Source: Isurus oxyrinchus
Lineage: Eukaryota
Assembly (NCBI GenBank): GCA_026770705.1
Contig: JANJGN010000163.1
Coordinates: 868,001-932,000, forward strand
DNA length: 64,000 bases
Direction: 5' to 3'
Positions 15,001 to 29,244 of this stretch are shown piece by piece. Below the pieces are notes generated by a model, which saw only the letters and a program-made list of their open reading frames with translations, was not told the origin of the DNA and made no database searches. The position numbers and the translations under genes are program-made. The stretch's first letter is position 1; each line of letters begins with the position of its first letter.

Positions 15001-18000
15001 TGTCAATGAATAACTGAAGGGTAGAGCTGTCTTTTCAATCAGTGACTGAAGGGTAGTGCAGTGTTGTCAATGAGTAACTGAAGGGTAGACCTGTCTTTTC
15101 AATGAGTGACTGAAGGGTAGTGCAGTGTTGTCAATGAGTAACTGAAGGGTAGAGCTGTCTTGTCAATGAGTGACTGAAGGGTAGAGCTGTCTTGTCAATG
15201 AGTAACTGAAGGGTAGAGCTGTCTTGTCAATCAGTGACTGAAGGGTAGAGCTGTCTTGCCAATGAGTAACTGAAGGGTAGAGCTGTCTTGTCAATGAGTG
15301 ACTGAAGGGTAGAGCTGTCTTGTCAAAGAGCAACTGAAGAGTAAAGCTGTCTTGTCAATGAGTGAATGAAGGGTAGAGCTGTCTTGTCAATGAGTGATTG
15401 AACTGTAGAGCTGTCTTGTCAATGAGTGACTGAAGGGTAGAGCTGTCTTGTCAATGAGTGACTGAAGGGTAGAGCTGTCTTTTCAATGAGTGACGGAAGG
15501 GTAGAGCTGTCTTGTCAATGAGTAACTGAAGGGTAGAGCTGTCTTGTCAATGAGTGACTGAAGGGTAGAGCTGTCTTGTCAATGAGTAACTGAAGGGTAG
15601 AGCTGTCTTGTCAATCAGTGACTGAAGGGTAGAGCTGTCTTGTCAATGAGTGACTGAATGGTAGAGCTGTCTTGTCAATGAGTGACTGAAGGTTAGAGCT
15701 GTCTTGTCAATGATTGACTGAAGCGTAGAGCTGTCTTGTCAATGAGTGAATGAAGGTTAGAGCTGTCTTGTCAATGATTGACTGAAGGGTAGAACTGTCT
15801 TGTCAATGAGTGACTGAAGGGTAGAGCTGTCTTGTCAATCAGTGACTGAAGGGTAGAGATGTCTTGTCAGTCAGTGACTGAAGGGTAGAGCTGTCTTGTC
15901 AATGAGTGACTGAAGGGTAAAGCTGTCCTGTCAATGAGTGACTGAAAGGTAGAGCTGTCTTGTCAATGAATAACTGAAGGGTAGAGCTGTCTTTTCAATC
16001 AGTGACTGAAGGGTAGTGCAGTGTTGTCAATGAGTAACTGAAGGGTAGAGCTGTCTTTTCAATGAGTGACTGAAGGGTAGTGCAGTGTTGTCAATGAGTA
16101 ACTGAAGGGTAGAGCTGTCTTGTCAATGAGTGACTGAAGGGTAGAGCTGTCTTGTCAATGAGTAACTGAAGGGTAGAGCTGTCTTGTCAATCAGTGACTG
16201 AAGGGTAGAGCTGTCTTGTCAATGAGTAACTGAAGGGTAGAGCTGTCTTGTCAATGAGTGACTGAAGGGTAGAGCTGTCTTGTCAAAGAGTAACTGAAGA
16301 GTAAAGCTGTCTTGTCAATGAGTGAATGAAGGGTAGAGCTGTCTTGTCAATGAGTGATTGAAGTGTAGAGCTGTCTTGTCAATGAGTGACTGAAGGGTAG
16401 AGCTGTCTTGTCAATGAGTGACTGAAGGGTAGAGCTGTCTGTTCAATGAGTGACGGAAGGGTAGAGCTGTCTTGTCAATGAGTGACTGAAGGGTAGATCT
16501 GTCTTGTCAATGAGTGACTGAAGGTTAGAGCTGTCTTGTCAATGAGTGACTGAAGGGTAGAGCTGTCCTGTCAATGAGTGACTTAAGGTAAGAGCTGTCT
16601 TGTTAATCAGTGACTGAAGGGTAGAGCTGTCTTGTCAATGAGTGACTGAATGGTAGAGGTGTCTTGTCAATGAGTGAATTAAGGTTACCGCTGTCTTGTC
16701 AATCAGTGACTGAAGGGAAGAGCTGTGTTGTCAATCAGTGACTGAATGGTAGATGTGTCTTGCCAATGAGTGACTGAAGGGTTGAGCTGTCTTGTCAATG
16801 AGTGACTGAAGGGTAGAGCTGTCTTTTCAATGAGTGACGGAAGGGTAGAGCTGTCTTGTCAATGAGTAACTGAAGGGTAGAACTGTCTTGTCAATGAGTG
16901 ACTGAAGGGTAGAGCTGTCTTGTCAATCAGTGACTGAAGGGTAGAGATGTCTTGTCAGTCAGTGACTGAAGGGTAGAGCTGTCTTGTCAATGAGTGACTG
17001 AAGGGTAAAGCTGTCCTGTCAATGAGTGACTGAAAGGTAGAGCTGTCTTGTCAATGAATAACTGAAGGGTAGAGCTGTCTTTTCAATCAGTGACTGAAGG
17101 GTAGTGCAGTGTTGTCAATGAGTAACTGAAGGGTAGAGCTGTCTTTTCAATGAGTGACTGAAGGGTAGTGCAGTGTTGTCAATGAGTAACTGAAGGGTAG
17201 AGCTGTCTTGTCAATGAGTGACTGAAGGGTAGAGCTGTCTTGTCAATGAGTAACTGAAGGGTAGAGCTGTCTTGTCAATCAGTGACTGAAGGGTAGAGCT
17301 GTCTTGTCAATGAGTAACTGAAGGGTAGAGCTGTCTTGTCAATGAGTGACTGAAGGGTAGAGATGTCTTGTCAAAGAGTAACTGAAGAGTAAAGCTGTCT
17401 TGTCAATGAGTGAATGAAGGGTAGAGCTGTCTTGTCAATGAGTGATTGAAGTGTAGAGCTGTCTTGTCAATGAGTGACTGAAGGGTAGAGCTGTCTTGTC
17501 AATGAGTGACTGAAGGGTAGAGCTGTCTGTTCAATGAGTGACGGAAGGGTAGAGCTGTCTTGTCAATGAGTGACTGAAGGGTAGATCTGTCTTGTCAATG
17601 AGTGACTGAAGGGTAGAGCTGTCTTGTCAATGAGTGACTGAAGGGTAGAGCTGTCCTGTCAATGAGTGACTTAAGGTAAGAGCTGTCTTGTTAATCAGTG
17701 ACTGAAGGGTAGAGCTGTCTTGTCAATGAGTGACTGAATGGTAGAGGTGTCTTGTCAATGAGTGAATTAAGGTTACCGCTGTCTTGTCAATCAGTGACTG
17801 AAGGGTAGAGCTGTGTTGTCAATCAGTGACTGAATGGTAGATGTGTCTTGCCAATGAGTGACTGAAGGGTTGAGCTGTCTTGTCAATGAGTGACTGCAGG
17901 GTAGAGATGTCTTGTCAGTGAGTAACCGAAGGGTAGAGCTGTCTTGTCAATGAGTAACTGAAGGGTAGAGCTGTCTTGTCAATGAGTGACTGAAGGGTAG

Positions 18001-21000
18001 AGCTGTCTTGTCAATGAGTAACTGAAGGGTAGAGCTGTCTTGTCAATCAGTGACTGAAGGGTAGAGCTGTCTTGTCAATGAGTGACTGAATGGTAGAGCT
18101 GTCTTGTCAATGAATAACTGAAGGGTAGAGCTGTCTTTTCAATCAGTGACTGAAGGGTAGTGCAGTGTTGTCAATGAGTAACTGAAGGGTAGACCTGTCT
18201 TTTCAATGAGTGACTGAAGGGTAGTGCAGTGTTGTCAATGAGTAACTGAAGGGTAGAGCTGTCTTGTCAATGAGTGACTGAAGGGTAGAGCTGTCTTGTC
18301 AATGAGTAACTGAAGGGTAGAGCTGTCTTGTCAATCAGTGACTGAAGGGTAGAGCTGTCTTGTCAATGAGTAACTGAAGGGTAGAGCTGTCTTGTCAATG
18401 AGTGACTGAAGGGTAGAGCTGTCTTGTCAAAGAGCAACTGAAGAGTAAAGCTGTCTTGTCAATGAGTGAATGAAGGGTAGAGCTGTCTTGTCAATGAGTG
18501 ATTGAAGTGTAGAGCTGTCTTGTCAATGAGTGACTGAAGGGTAGAGCTGTCTTGTCAATGAGTGACTGAAGGGTAGAGCTGTCTTTTCAATGAGTGACGG
18601 AAGGGTAGAGCTGTCTTGTCAATGAGTAACTGAAGGGTAGAGCTGTCTTGTCAATGAGTGACTGAAGGGTAGAGCTGTCTTGTCAATGAGTAACTGAAGG
18701 GTAGAGCTGTCTTGTCAATCAGTGACTGAAGGGTAGAGCTGTCTTGTCAATGAGTGACTGAATGGTAGAGCTGTCTTGTCAATGAGTGACTGAAGGTTAG
18801 AGCTGTCTTGTCAATGATTGACTGAAGCGTAGAGCTGTCTTGTCAATGAGTGAATGAAGGTTAGAGCTGTCTTGTCAATGATTGACTGAAGGGTAGAACT
18901 GTCTTGTCAATGAGTGACTGAAGGGTAGAGCTGTCTTGTCAATCAGTGACTGAAGGGTAGAGATGTCTTGTCAGTCAGTGACTGAATGGTAGAGCTGTCT
19001 CGTCAATGAGTGACTGAAGGGTAAAGCTGTCCTGTCAATGAGTGACTGAAAGGTAGAGCTGTCTTGTCAATGAATAACTGAAGGGTAGAGCTGTCTTTTC
19101 AATCAGTGACTGAAGGGTAGTGCAGTGTTGTCAATGAGTAACTGAAGGGTAGAGCTGTCTTTTCAATGAGTGACTGAAGGGTAGTGCAGTGTTGTCAATG
19201 AGTAACTGAAGGGTAGAGCTGTCTTGTCAATGAGTGACTGAAGGGTAGAGCTGTCTTGTCAATGAGTAACTGAAGGGTAGAGCTGTCTTGTCAATCAGTG
19301 ACTGAAGGGTAGAGCTGTCTTGTCAATGAGTAACTGAAGGGTAGAGCTGTCTTGTCAATGAGTGACTGAAGGGTAGAGCTGTCTTGTCAAAGAGTAACTG
19401 AAGAGTAAAGCTGTCTTGTCAATGAGTGAATGAAGGGTAGAGCTGTCTTGTCAATGAGTGATTGAAGTGTAGAGCTGTCTTGTCAATGAGTGACTGAAGG
19501 GTAGAGCTGTCTTGTCAATGAGTGACTGAAGGGTAGAGCTGTCTGTTCAATGAGTGACGGAAGGGTAGAGCTGTCTTGTCAATGAGTGACTGAAGGGTAG
19601 ATCTGTCTTGTCAATGAGTGACTGAAGGTTAGAGCTGTCTTGTCAATGAGTGACTGAAGGGTAGAGCTGTCCTGTCAATGAGTGACTTAAGGTAAGAGCT
19701 GTCTTGTTAATCAGTGACTGAAGGGTAGAGCTGTCTTGTCAATGAGTGACTGAATGGTAGAGGTGTCTTGTCAATGAGTGAATTAAGGTTACCGCTGTCT
19801 TGTCAATCAGTGACTGAAGGGAAGAGCTGTGTTGTCAATCAGTGACTGAATGGTAGATGTGTCTTGCCAATGAGTGACTGAAGGGTTGAGCTGTCTTGTC
19901 AATGAGTGACTGAAGGGTAGAGATGTCTTGTCAGTGAGTAACCGAAGGGTAGAGCTGTCTTGTCAATGAGTAACTGAAGGGTAGAGCTGTCTTGTCAATG
20001 AGTGACTGAAGGGTAGAGCTGTCTTGTCAATGAGTGACTGAAGGGTAGAGCTGTCTTGTCAATGAGTGACTGAAGGGTAGAGGTGTCTTGTCAATGAGTG
20101 ACTGAAGGGTAGAGCTGTCTTGTCAATGAGTGAATGAAGGTTAGAGCTGTCTTGTCAATGATTGACTGAAGGGTAGAGCTGTCTTGTCAATGAGTGAATG
20201 AAGGTTAGAGCTGTCTTGTCAATGATTGACTGAAGGGTAGAGCTGTCTTGTCAATGAGTGACTGAAGGGTAGAGCTGTCTTGTCAATCAGTGACTGAAGG
20301 GTAGAGATGTCTTGTCAGTCATTGACTGAAGGGTAGAGCTGTCCTGTCAATGACTGACTGAATGGTAAAGCTGTCTTGTCAATGAGTGACTGAAGGGTAG
20401 AGCTGTCTTGTCAATGAATAACTGAAGGGTAGAGCTGTCTTTTCAATCAGTGACTGAAGGGTAGTGCAGTGTTGTCAATGAGTAACTGAAGGGTAGAGCT
20501 GTCTTTTCAATGAGTGACTGAAGGGTAGTGCAGTGTTGTCAATGAGTAACTGAAGGGTAGAGCTGTCTTGTCAATGAGTGACTGAAGGGTAGAGCTGTCT
20601 TGTCAATGAGTAACTGAAGGGTAGAGCTGTCTTCTCAATCAGTGACTGAAGGGTAGAGCTGTCTTGTCAATGAGTAACTGAAGGGTAGAGCTGTCTTGTC
20701 AATGCATGACTGAAGGGTAGAGCTGTCTTGTCAAAGAGCAACTGAAGAGTAAAGCTGTCTTGTCAATGAGTGACTGAAGGGTAGAGCTGTATTGTCAATG
20801 AGTGACTGAAGGGTAGAGCTGTCTTGTCAATGAGTGACTGAAGGGTAGAGCTGTCTTGTCAATGAGTAACTGAAGGGTAGAGCTGTATTGTCAATCAGTG
20901 ACTGAAGGGTAGAGCTGTCTTGTCAATGAGTAACTGAAGGGTAGAGCTGTCTTGTCAATGCATGACTGAAGGGTAGAGCTGTCTTGTCAAAGAGCAACTG

Positions 21001-24000
21001 AAGAGTAAAGCTGTCTTGTCAATGAGTGAATGAAGGGTAGAGCTGTCTTGTCAATGAGTGATTGAAGTGTAGAGCTGTCTTGTCAATGAGTAACTGAAGG
21101 GTAGAGCTGTCTTGTCAATGAGTGACTGAAGGGTAGAGCTGTCTTTTCAATGAGTGACGGAAGGGTAGAGCTGTCTTGTCAATGAGTAACTGAAGGGTAG
21201 AGCTGTCTTGTCAATGAGTGACTGAAGGGTAGAGCTGTCTTGTCAATGAGTAACTGAAGGGTAGAGCTGTCTTGTCAATCAGTGACTGAAGGGTAGAGCT
21301 GTCTTGTCAATGAGTGACTGAAGGTAGAGCTGTCTTGTCAATGAGTGAATGAAGGTTAGAGCTGTCTTGTCAATGATTGACTGAAGGGTAGAGCTGTCTT
21401 GTCAATGAGTGAATGAAGGTTAGAGCTGTCTTGTCAATGATTGACTGAAGGGTAGAACTGTCTTGTCAATGAGTGACTGAAGGGTAGAGCTGTCTTGTCA
21501 ATCAGTGACTGAAGGGTAGAGATGTCTTGTCAGTCAGTGACTGAAGGGTAGAGCTGTCTTGTCAATGAGTGTCTGAAGGGTAAAGCTGTCCTGTCAATGA
21601 GTGACTGAAAGGTAGATCTGTCTTTTCAAACAGTGACTGAAGGGTAGTGCAGTGTTGTCAATGAGTAACTGAAGGGTAGAGCTGTCTTGTCAATCAGTGA
21701 CTGAAGGGTAGAGCTGTCTTGTCAATGAGTAACTGAAGGGTAGAGCTGTCTTGTCAATGAGTGACTGAAGGGTAGAGCTGTCTTGTCAAAGAGTAACTGA
21801 AGAGTAAAGCTGTCTTGTCAATGAGTGAATGAAGGGAAGAGCTGTCTTGTCAATGAGTGATTGAAGTGTAGAGCTGTCTTGTCAATGAGTGACTGAAGGG
21901 TAGAGCTGTCTTGTCAATGAGTGACTGAAGGGTAGAGCTGTCTGTTCAATGAGTGACGGAAGGGTAGAGCTGTCTTATCAATGAGTGACTGAAGGGTAGA
22001 TCTGTCTTGTCAATGAGTGACTGAAGGTTAGAGCTGTCTTGTCAATGAGTGACTGAAGGGTAGAGCTGTCCTGTCAATGAGTGACTTAAGGTAAGAGCTG
22101 TCTTGTTAATCAGTGACTGAAGGGTAGAGCTGTCTTGTCAATGAGTGACTGAATGGTAGAGGTGTCTTGTCAATGAGTGAATTAAGGTTACCGCTGTCTT
22201 GTCAATCAGTGACTGAAGGGTAGAGCTGTGTTGTCAATCAGTGACTGAATGGTAGATGTGTCTTGCCAATGAGTGACTGAAGGGTTGAGCTGTCTTGTCA
22301 ATGAGTGACTGAAGGGTAGAGATGTCTTGTCAGTGAGTAACCGAAGGGTAGAGCTGTCTTGTCAATGAGTAACTGAAGGGTAGAGCTGTCTTGTCAATGA
22401 GTGACTGAAGGGTAGAGCTGTCTTGTCAATGAGTGACTGAAGGGTAGAGCTGTCTTGTCAATGAGTGACTGAAGGGTAGAGGTGTCTTGTCAATGAGTGA
22501 CTGAAGGGTAGAGCTGTCTTGTCAATGAGTGAATAAAGGTTAGAGCTGTCTTGTCAATGATTGACTGAAGGGTAGAGCTGTCTTGTCAATGAGTGAATGA
22601 AGGTTAGAGCTGTCTTGTCAATGATTGACTGAAGGGTAGAGCTGTCTTGTCAATGAGTGACTGAAGGGTAGAGCTGTCTTGTCAATCAGTGACTGAAGGG
22701 TAGAGATGTCTTGTCAGTCATTGACTGAAGGGTAGAACTGTCTTGTCAATGAGTGACTGAAGGGTAAAGCTGTCTTGTCAATGAGTGACTGAAGGGTAGA
22801 GCTGTCTTGTCAATGAATAACTGAAGGGTAGAGCTGTCTTTTCAATCAGTGACTGAAGGGTAGTGCAGTGTTGTCAATGAGTAACTGAAGGGTAGAGCTG
22901 TCTTTTCAATGAGTGACTGAAGGGTAGTGCAGTGTTGTCAATGAGTAACTGAAGGGTAGAGCTGTCTTGTCAATGAGTGACTGAAGGGTAGAGCTGTCTT
23001 GTCAATGAGTAACTGAAGGGTAGAGCTGTCTTGTCAATCAGTGACTGAAGGGTAGAGCTGTCTTGTCAATGAGTAACTGAAGGGTAGAGCTGTCTTGTCA
23101 ATGCATGACTGAAGGGTAGAGCTGTCTTGTCAAAGAGCAACTGAAGAGTAAAGCTGTCTTGTCAATGAGTGACTGAAGGGTAGAGCTGTATTGTCAATGA
23201 GTGACTGAATGGTAGAGCTGTCTTGTCAATGAGTGACTGAAGGGTAGAGCTGTCTTGTCAATGAGTAACTGAAGGGTAGAGCTGTCTTGTCAATCAGTGA
23301 CTGAAGGGTCGAGCTGTCTTGTCAATGAGTAACTGAAGGGTAGAGCTGTCTTGTCAATGCATGACTGAAGGGTAGAGATGTCTTGTCAAAGAGCAACTGA
23401 AGAGTAAAGCTGTCTTGTCAATGAGTGAATGAAGGGTAGAGCTGTCTTGTCAATGAGTGATTGAAGTGTAGAGCTGTCTTGTCAATGAGTGACTGAAGGG
23501 TAGAGCTGTCTTGTCAATGAGTGACTGAAGGGTACAGCTGTCTGTTCAATGAGTGACGGAAGGGTAGAGCTGTCTTGTCAATGAGTAACTGAAGGGTAGA
23601 GCTGTCCTGTCAATGAGTGACTGAAGGGTAGAGCTGTCTTGTCAATGAGTAACTGAAGGGTAGAGCTGTCTTGTCAATCAGTGACTGAAGGGTAGAGCTG
23701 TCTTGTCAATGAGTGACTGAATGGTAGAGCTGTCTTGTCAATGAGTGAATGAAGGTTAGAGCTGTCTTGTCAATGATTGACTGAAGGGTAGAGCTGTCTT
23801 GTCAATGAGTGAATGAAGGTTAGAGCTGTCTTGTCAATGATTGACTGAAGGGTAGAGCTGTCTTGTCAATGAGTGACTGAAGGGTAGAGCTGTCTTGTCA
23901 ATCAGTGACTGAAGGGTAGAGATGTCTTGTCAGTCAGTGACTGAAGGGTAGAGCTGTCTTGTCAATGAGTGACTGAAGGGTAAAGCTGTCTTGTCAATGA

Positions 24001-27000
24001 GTGACTGAAGGGTAGAGCTGTCTTGTCAATGAATAACTGAAGGGTAGAGCTGTCTTTTCAATCAGTGACTGAAGGGTAGTGCAGTGTTGTCAATGAGTAA
24101 CTGAAGGGTAGAGCTGTCTTTTCAATGAGTGACTGAAGGGTAGTGCAGTGTTGTCAATGAGTAACTGAAGAGTAGAGCTGTCTTGTCAATGAGTGACTGA
24201 AGGGTAGAGCTGTCTTGTCAATGAGTAACTGAAGGGTAGAGCTGTCTTGTCAATGAGTGACCGAAGGGTAGAGCTGTCTTGTCAATGAGTAACTGAAGGG
24301 TAGAGCTGTCTTGTCAATGAGTGACTGAAGGGTAGAGCTGTCTTGTCAAAGAGTAACTGAAGAGTAAAGCTGTCTTGTCAATGAGTGAATGAAGGGTAGA
24401 GCTGTCTTGTCAATGAGTAACTGAAGGGTAGAGCTGTCTTGTCAATCAGTGACTGAAGGGTCGAGCTGTCTTGTCAATGAGTAACTGAAGGGTAGAGCTG
24501 TCTTGTCAATCATTGACTGAAGGGTCGAGCTGTCTTGTCAATGAGTAACTGAAGGGTAGAGCTGTCTTGTCAATGCATGACTGAAGGGTAGAGATGTCTT
24601 GTCAAAGAGCAACTGAAGAGTAAAGCTGTCTTGTCAATGAGTGAATGAAGGGTAGAGCTGTCTTGTCAATGAGTGATTGAAGTGTAGAGCTGTCTTGTCA
24701 ATGAGTGACTGAAGGGTAGAGCTGTCTTGTCAATGAGTGACTGAAGGGTACAGCTGTCTGTTCAATGAGTGACGGAAGGGTAGAGCTGTCTTGTCAATGA
24801 GTAACTGAAGGGTAGAGCTGTCCTGTCAATGAGTGACTGAAGGGTAGAGCTGTCTTGTCAATGAGTAACTGAAGGGTAGAGCTGTCTTGTCAATCAGTGA
24901 CTGAAGGGTAGAGCTGTCTTGTCAATGAGTGACTGAATGGTAGAGCTGTCTTGTCAATGAGTGAATGAAGGTTAGAGCTGTCTTGTCAATGATTGACTGA
25001 AGGGTAGAGCTGTCTTGTCAATGAGTGAATGAAGGTTAGAGCTGTCTTGTCAATGATTGACTGAAGGGTAGAGCTGTCTTGTCAATGAGTGACTGAAGGG
25101 TAGAGCTGTCTTGTCAATCAGTGACTGAAGGGTAGAGATGTCTTGTCAGTCAGTGACTGAAGGGTAGAGCTGTCTTGTCAATGAGTGACTGAAGGGTAAA
25201 GCTGTCTTGTCAATGAGTGACTGAAGGGTAGAGCTGTCTTGTCAATGAATAACTGAAGGGTAGAGCTGTCTTTTCAATCAGTGACTGAAGGGTAGTGCAG
25301 TGTTGTCAATGAGTAACTGAAGGGTAGAGCTGTCTTTTCAATGAGTGACTGAAGGGTAGTGCAGTGTTGTCAATGAGTAACTGAAGAGTAGAGCTGTCTT
25401 GTCAATGAGTGACTGAAGGGTCGAGCTGTCTTGTCAATGAGTAACTGAAGGGTAGAGCTGTCTTGTCAATGAGTGACCGAAGGGTAGAGCTGTCTTGTCA
25501 ATGAGTAACTGAAGGGTAGAGCTGTCTTGTCAATGAGTGACTGAAGGGTAGAGCTGTCTTGTCAAAGAGTAACTGAAGAGTAAAGCTGTCTTGTCAATGA
25601 GTGAATGAAGGGTAGAGCTGTCTTGTCAATGAGTGATTGAAGTGTAGAGCTGTCTTGTCAATGAGTGACTGAAAGGTAGAGCTGTCTTGTCAATGAGTGA
25701 CTGAAGGGTAGAGCTGTCTTTTCAATGAGTGACGGAAGGGTAGAGCTGTCTTGTCAATGAGTGACTGAAGGGTAGATCTGTCTTGTCAATGAGTGACTGA
25801 AGGTTAGAGCTGTCTTGTCAATGAGTGACTGAAGGGTAGAGCTGTCCTGTCAATGAGTGACTTAAGGTAAGAGCTGTCTTGTTAATCAGTGACTGAAGGG
25901 TAGATCTGTCTTGTCAATGAGTGACTGAAGGGTAGAGCTGTCCTGTCAATGAGTGACTTAAGGTAAGAGCTGTCTTGTTAATCAGTGACTGAAGGGTAGA
26001 GCTGTCTTCTCAATGAGTGACTGAATGGTAGAGCTGTCTTTTCAATGAGTGACTGAAGGGTAGAAGTGTCTTGTCAATGAGTGACTGAAGGGTAGAGCTG
26101 TCTTGTCAATGAGTGAATGAAGGTTTGAGCTGTCTTGTCAATGAGTGACTGAATGGTAGAGCTGTCTTGTTAATCAGTGACTGAAGGGTAGAGCTGTCTT
26201 GTCAATGAGTGACTGAATGGTAGAGCTGTCTTTTCAATGAGTGACTGAAGGGTAGAGGTGTCTTATCAATGAGTGACTGAAGGGTAGAGCTGTCTTGTCA
26301 ATGAGTGAATGAAGGTTAGAGCTGTCTTGTCAATGAGTGACTGTTGTGTAGAGCTGTCTTGTCAATGATTGATTGAAGGGTAGAGCTGTCTTGTCAATCA
26401 GTGACTGAATGGTAGAGCTGTCTTGTCAATGAGGGACTGAAGGGTAGAGCTGTTTTGTCAATCAGTGACTGAAGGGTAGAGCTGTATTGTCAATGAGTGA
26501 CTGAATGGTAGAGCTGTCTTGTCAATGAGTGACTGAAGGATAGAGCTGTCTTGTCAATGAGTGACTGAAGGGTCGAGGTGTCTTGTCAATGAGTGACTGA
26601 AGGGTAGACCTCTCTTGTCATTGAATAACTGAAGGGTAGAGCTGTCTTGTCAATGAGTGACTGAAGGGTAGAGCTGTCTTGTCAATGAGTGACTGAAGGG
26701 TAGAACTGTCTTGTCAATGAGTGACTGAAGGGTAGAGCTGTCTTGTCAATGAGTAACTGAAGTGTAGAGATGTCTTGTCAATGAGTGACTGAAGGGTAGA
26801 GCTGTCTTTTCAATGAGTGACTGAAGGGTAGAGCTGTCTTGTCAATGAGTGACTGAAGGGTAGATCTGTCTTGTCAATCAGTGACTGAATGGTAGAGCTG
26901 TCTTTTCAATCAGTGACCGATGGGTAGAGGTGTCTTGTCAATGAGTGACTGAAGGGTAGAGCTGTCTTGTCAATGAGTGACTGAAGGGTAGAGCTGTCTT

Positions 27001-28930
27001 GTCAATGAGTGACTGAAGGGTAGAGCTGTCTTGTCAGTCAGTGACTGAAGGGTAGACCTCTCTTGTCAATGAGTGACTGAAGGGTTGAGCTGTCTTGTCA
27101 ATGAGTGACAGAAGGGTAGAGTTGTCTTGCCAATGAGTGACAGAAGGGTAGAGTTGTCTTGTCAATGAGTTACTGAAGGGTAGAGCTCTCTTGTCAATGA
27201 GTGACTGAAGGGTAGAGCTGTCTTGTCAATGAGTAACTGAAGGGTAGAGCTGTCTTGTCAATGAGTAACTGAAGGGTAGAGCTGTCTTGTCAATGAGTGA
27301 CTGAAGGGTAGTGCTGTCTTGTCTATGAGTTACTGAAGGGTAGATCTGTCTTGTCACTGAGTGACTGAATGGTTGAGCTATCTTGTCAATGATTGACTGA
27401 AGGGTAGATCTGTCTTGTCAATGAGTGACTGAAGCGTAGAGCTGTCTTGTCAATGAGTGACTGAAGGGTAGAGCTGTCTTGTCAATGAGTGACTGAAGGG
27501 TAGAGCTGTCTTGTCAATCAGTGACTGAATGGTAGAGCTGTCTTGTCAATGAGTGACAGAAGGGTAAAGCTGTCTTGTCAATGAGTGACTGAAGGGTAGA
27601 GCTGTCTTGTCAATGAGTGACTGAAGGGTAGAGCTCTCTTGTCAATGAGTGACTGAAGGGTAGAGCTGTCTTGTCAATGAGTAACTGAAGGGTAGAGCTG
27701 TCTTGTCAATGAGTGACTGAAGGGTAGAGCTGTGTTGTCAATCAGTGACTGAATGGTAGATGTGTCTTGCCAATGAGTGACTGAAGGGTTGAGCTGTCTT
27801 GTCAATGAGTGACTGAAGGGTAGAGCTGTCGTGTCAATGAGTGACTGAAGGGGAAAGCTGTCTTGTCAATGAGTAACCGAAGGGTAGAGCTGTCTTGTCA
27901 ATGAGTAACTGAAGAGTAGAGCTGTCTTGTCAATGAGTGACTGAAGGGTAGAGCTGTCTTTGCAATGAGTGACTGAAGGATAGAGCTGTCTTGTCAATGA
28001 GTGACTGAATGGTAGAGCTGTCTTGTCAATGAGTGACTGAAGGGTAGAGCTGTCTTGTCAATGAGTGACTGAAGGGTAGAGCTGTCTTGTCAATGAGTGA
28101 CTGAAGGGTAGAGCTGTCTTGTCAATCAGTGACTGAAGGGTAGAGCTGTCTTGTCAATGAGTGACTGAAGGGTAGAGCTGTCTTGTCAATGAGTGACTGA
28201 AGGGTAGAGCTGTCTTGTCAATGAGTGACTGAAGGGTTGAGCTGTCTTGTCAATCAGTGACTGAAGGGTAGAGCTGTCTTGTCAGACAGTGACTGAATGG
28301 TAGAGCTGTCTTGTCAATGATTGACTGAAGGGTAAAGCTGTCTTGTCAATTAGTGACTGAAGGGTAGAGCTGTGTTGTCAATGAGTGACTGAAGGGTAGA
28401 GCTGTCTTGTCAATGAGTGACTGAAGGGTAGAGCTGTCTTGTCAATGAGTGACTGAAGGGTAGAGCTGTCTTATCAATGAGTGACTGAAGGGTAGAGCTG
28501 TCTTGTCAATGAGTGACTGAAGGGTACAGCTGTCTTGTCAATGAGTGACTGAAGGTTAGAGCTGTCTTGTCAATAAGTGACTGAAGGGTAGAGCTGTCTT
28601 GTCAATCAGTGACTGAATGGTAGAGCTGTCTTGTCAATGAGTGACTGAAGGGTAGAGCTGTCTTGTCAATGAGTGACTGAAGGGTAGAGCTGTCTTGTCA
28701 ATCAGTGACTGAATGGTAGAGCTGTCTTGTCAATGAGTGACTGAATGGTAGAGCTGTCTTGTCAATGAGTGACTTAAGGGTAGAGCTCTCTTGTCAATGA
28801 GTGACTGAAGGGTAGAGCTGTCTTGTCAATGAGTGACTGAAGGGTAGAGCTGTCTTGTCAATGAGTGACTGAAGGGTAGATCTGTCTTGTCAATGAGTGA
28901 CTGAAGGGTAGAGCTCTCTTGTCAATCAGT
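1..28930. repeat. 32-bp satellite array, ~900 copies, consensus AATGAGTGACTGAAGGGTAGAGCTGTCTTGTC; open at the 5' window edge
   Basis: Phase recurs every 480 bp (15 x 32). Monomers differ mostly by substitutions, with rare indels (2-bp deletions near 4852 and 12082, 1-bp near 21323). No ORFs in the track. Confidence 0.99.
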
Positions 28931-29120
28931 GAAGGAATTCTTCGGACTTTAGTTGTTCTGGAGCCACATGTGACTGCCGGCCCAGGGAAATCTGGCTGGC
29001 TCTTTAACTGCCCTGAAATGGCGCCGGAAATCATGGTTTATCCCATCCGTCATTGTAATGGACTGGAGAGGTTAGTGGAGCTGCTCAATGACACACTCTC
29101 AAGGAGAATTGGATGTTGGA
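28920..29120 (+). mobile_element. Degenerate internal fragment of a SINE, same family as 50658-50908
   Basis: gtgaaggaattct...ctggagccacatgtgactgccggccca...aatctgg aligns by eye with gggagggaaatct...ctggcctacatgtgactccagaccca...aatgtgg at 50738-50805, including exact acatgtgact. Confidence 0.6.
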
Positions 29121-29244
29121 GTTGGCAGCGATGGGTAGGCCCTATAAATAATAAACCAACAGAACACATTATTGTGCTCATCAGTGCCTGAAATAGATCT
29201 TATTTTTGTCTTGAATTGACATTTGGATTGATAGGTGTCTGTAT

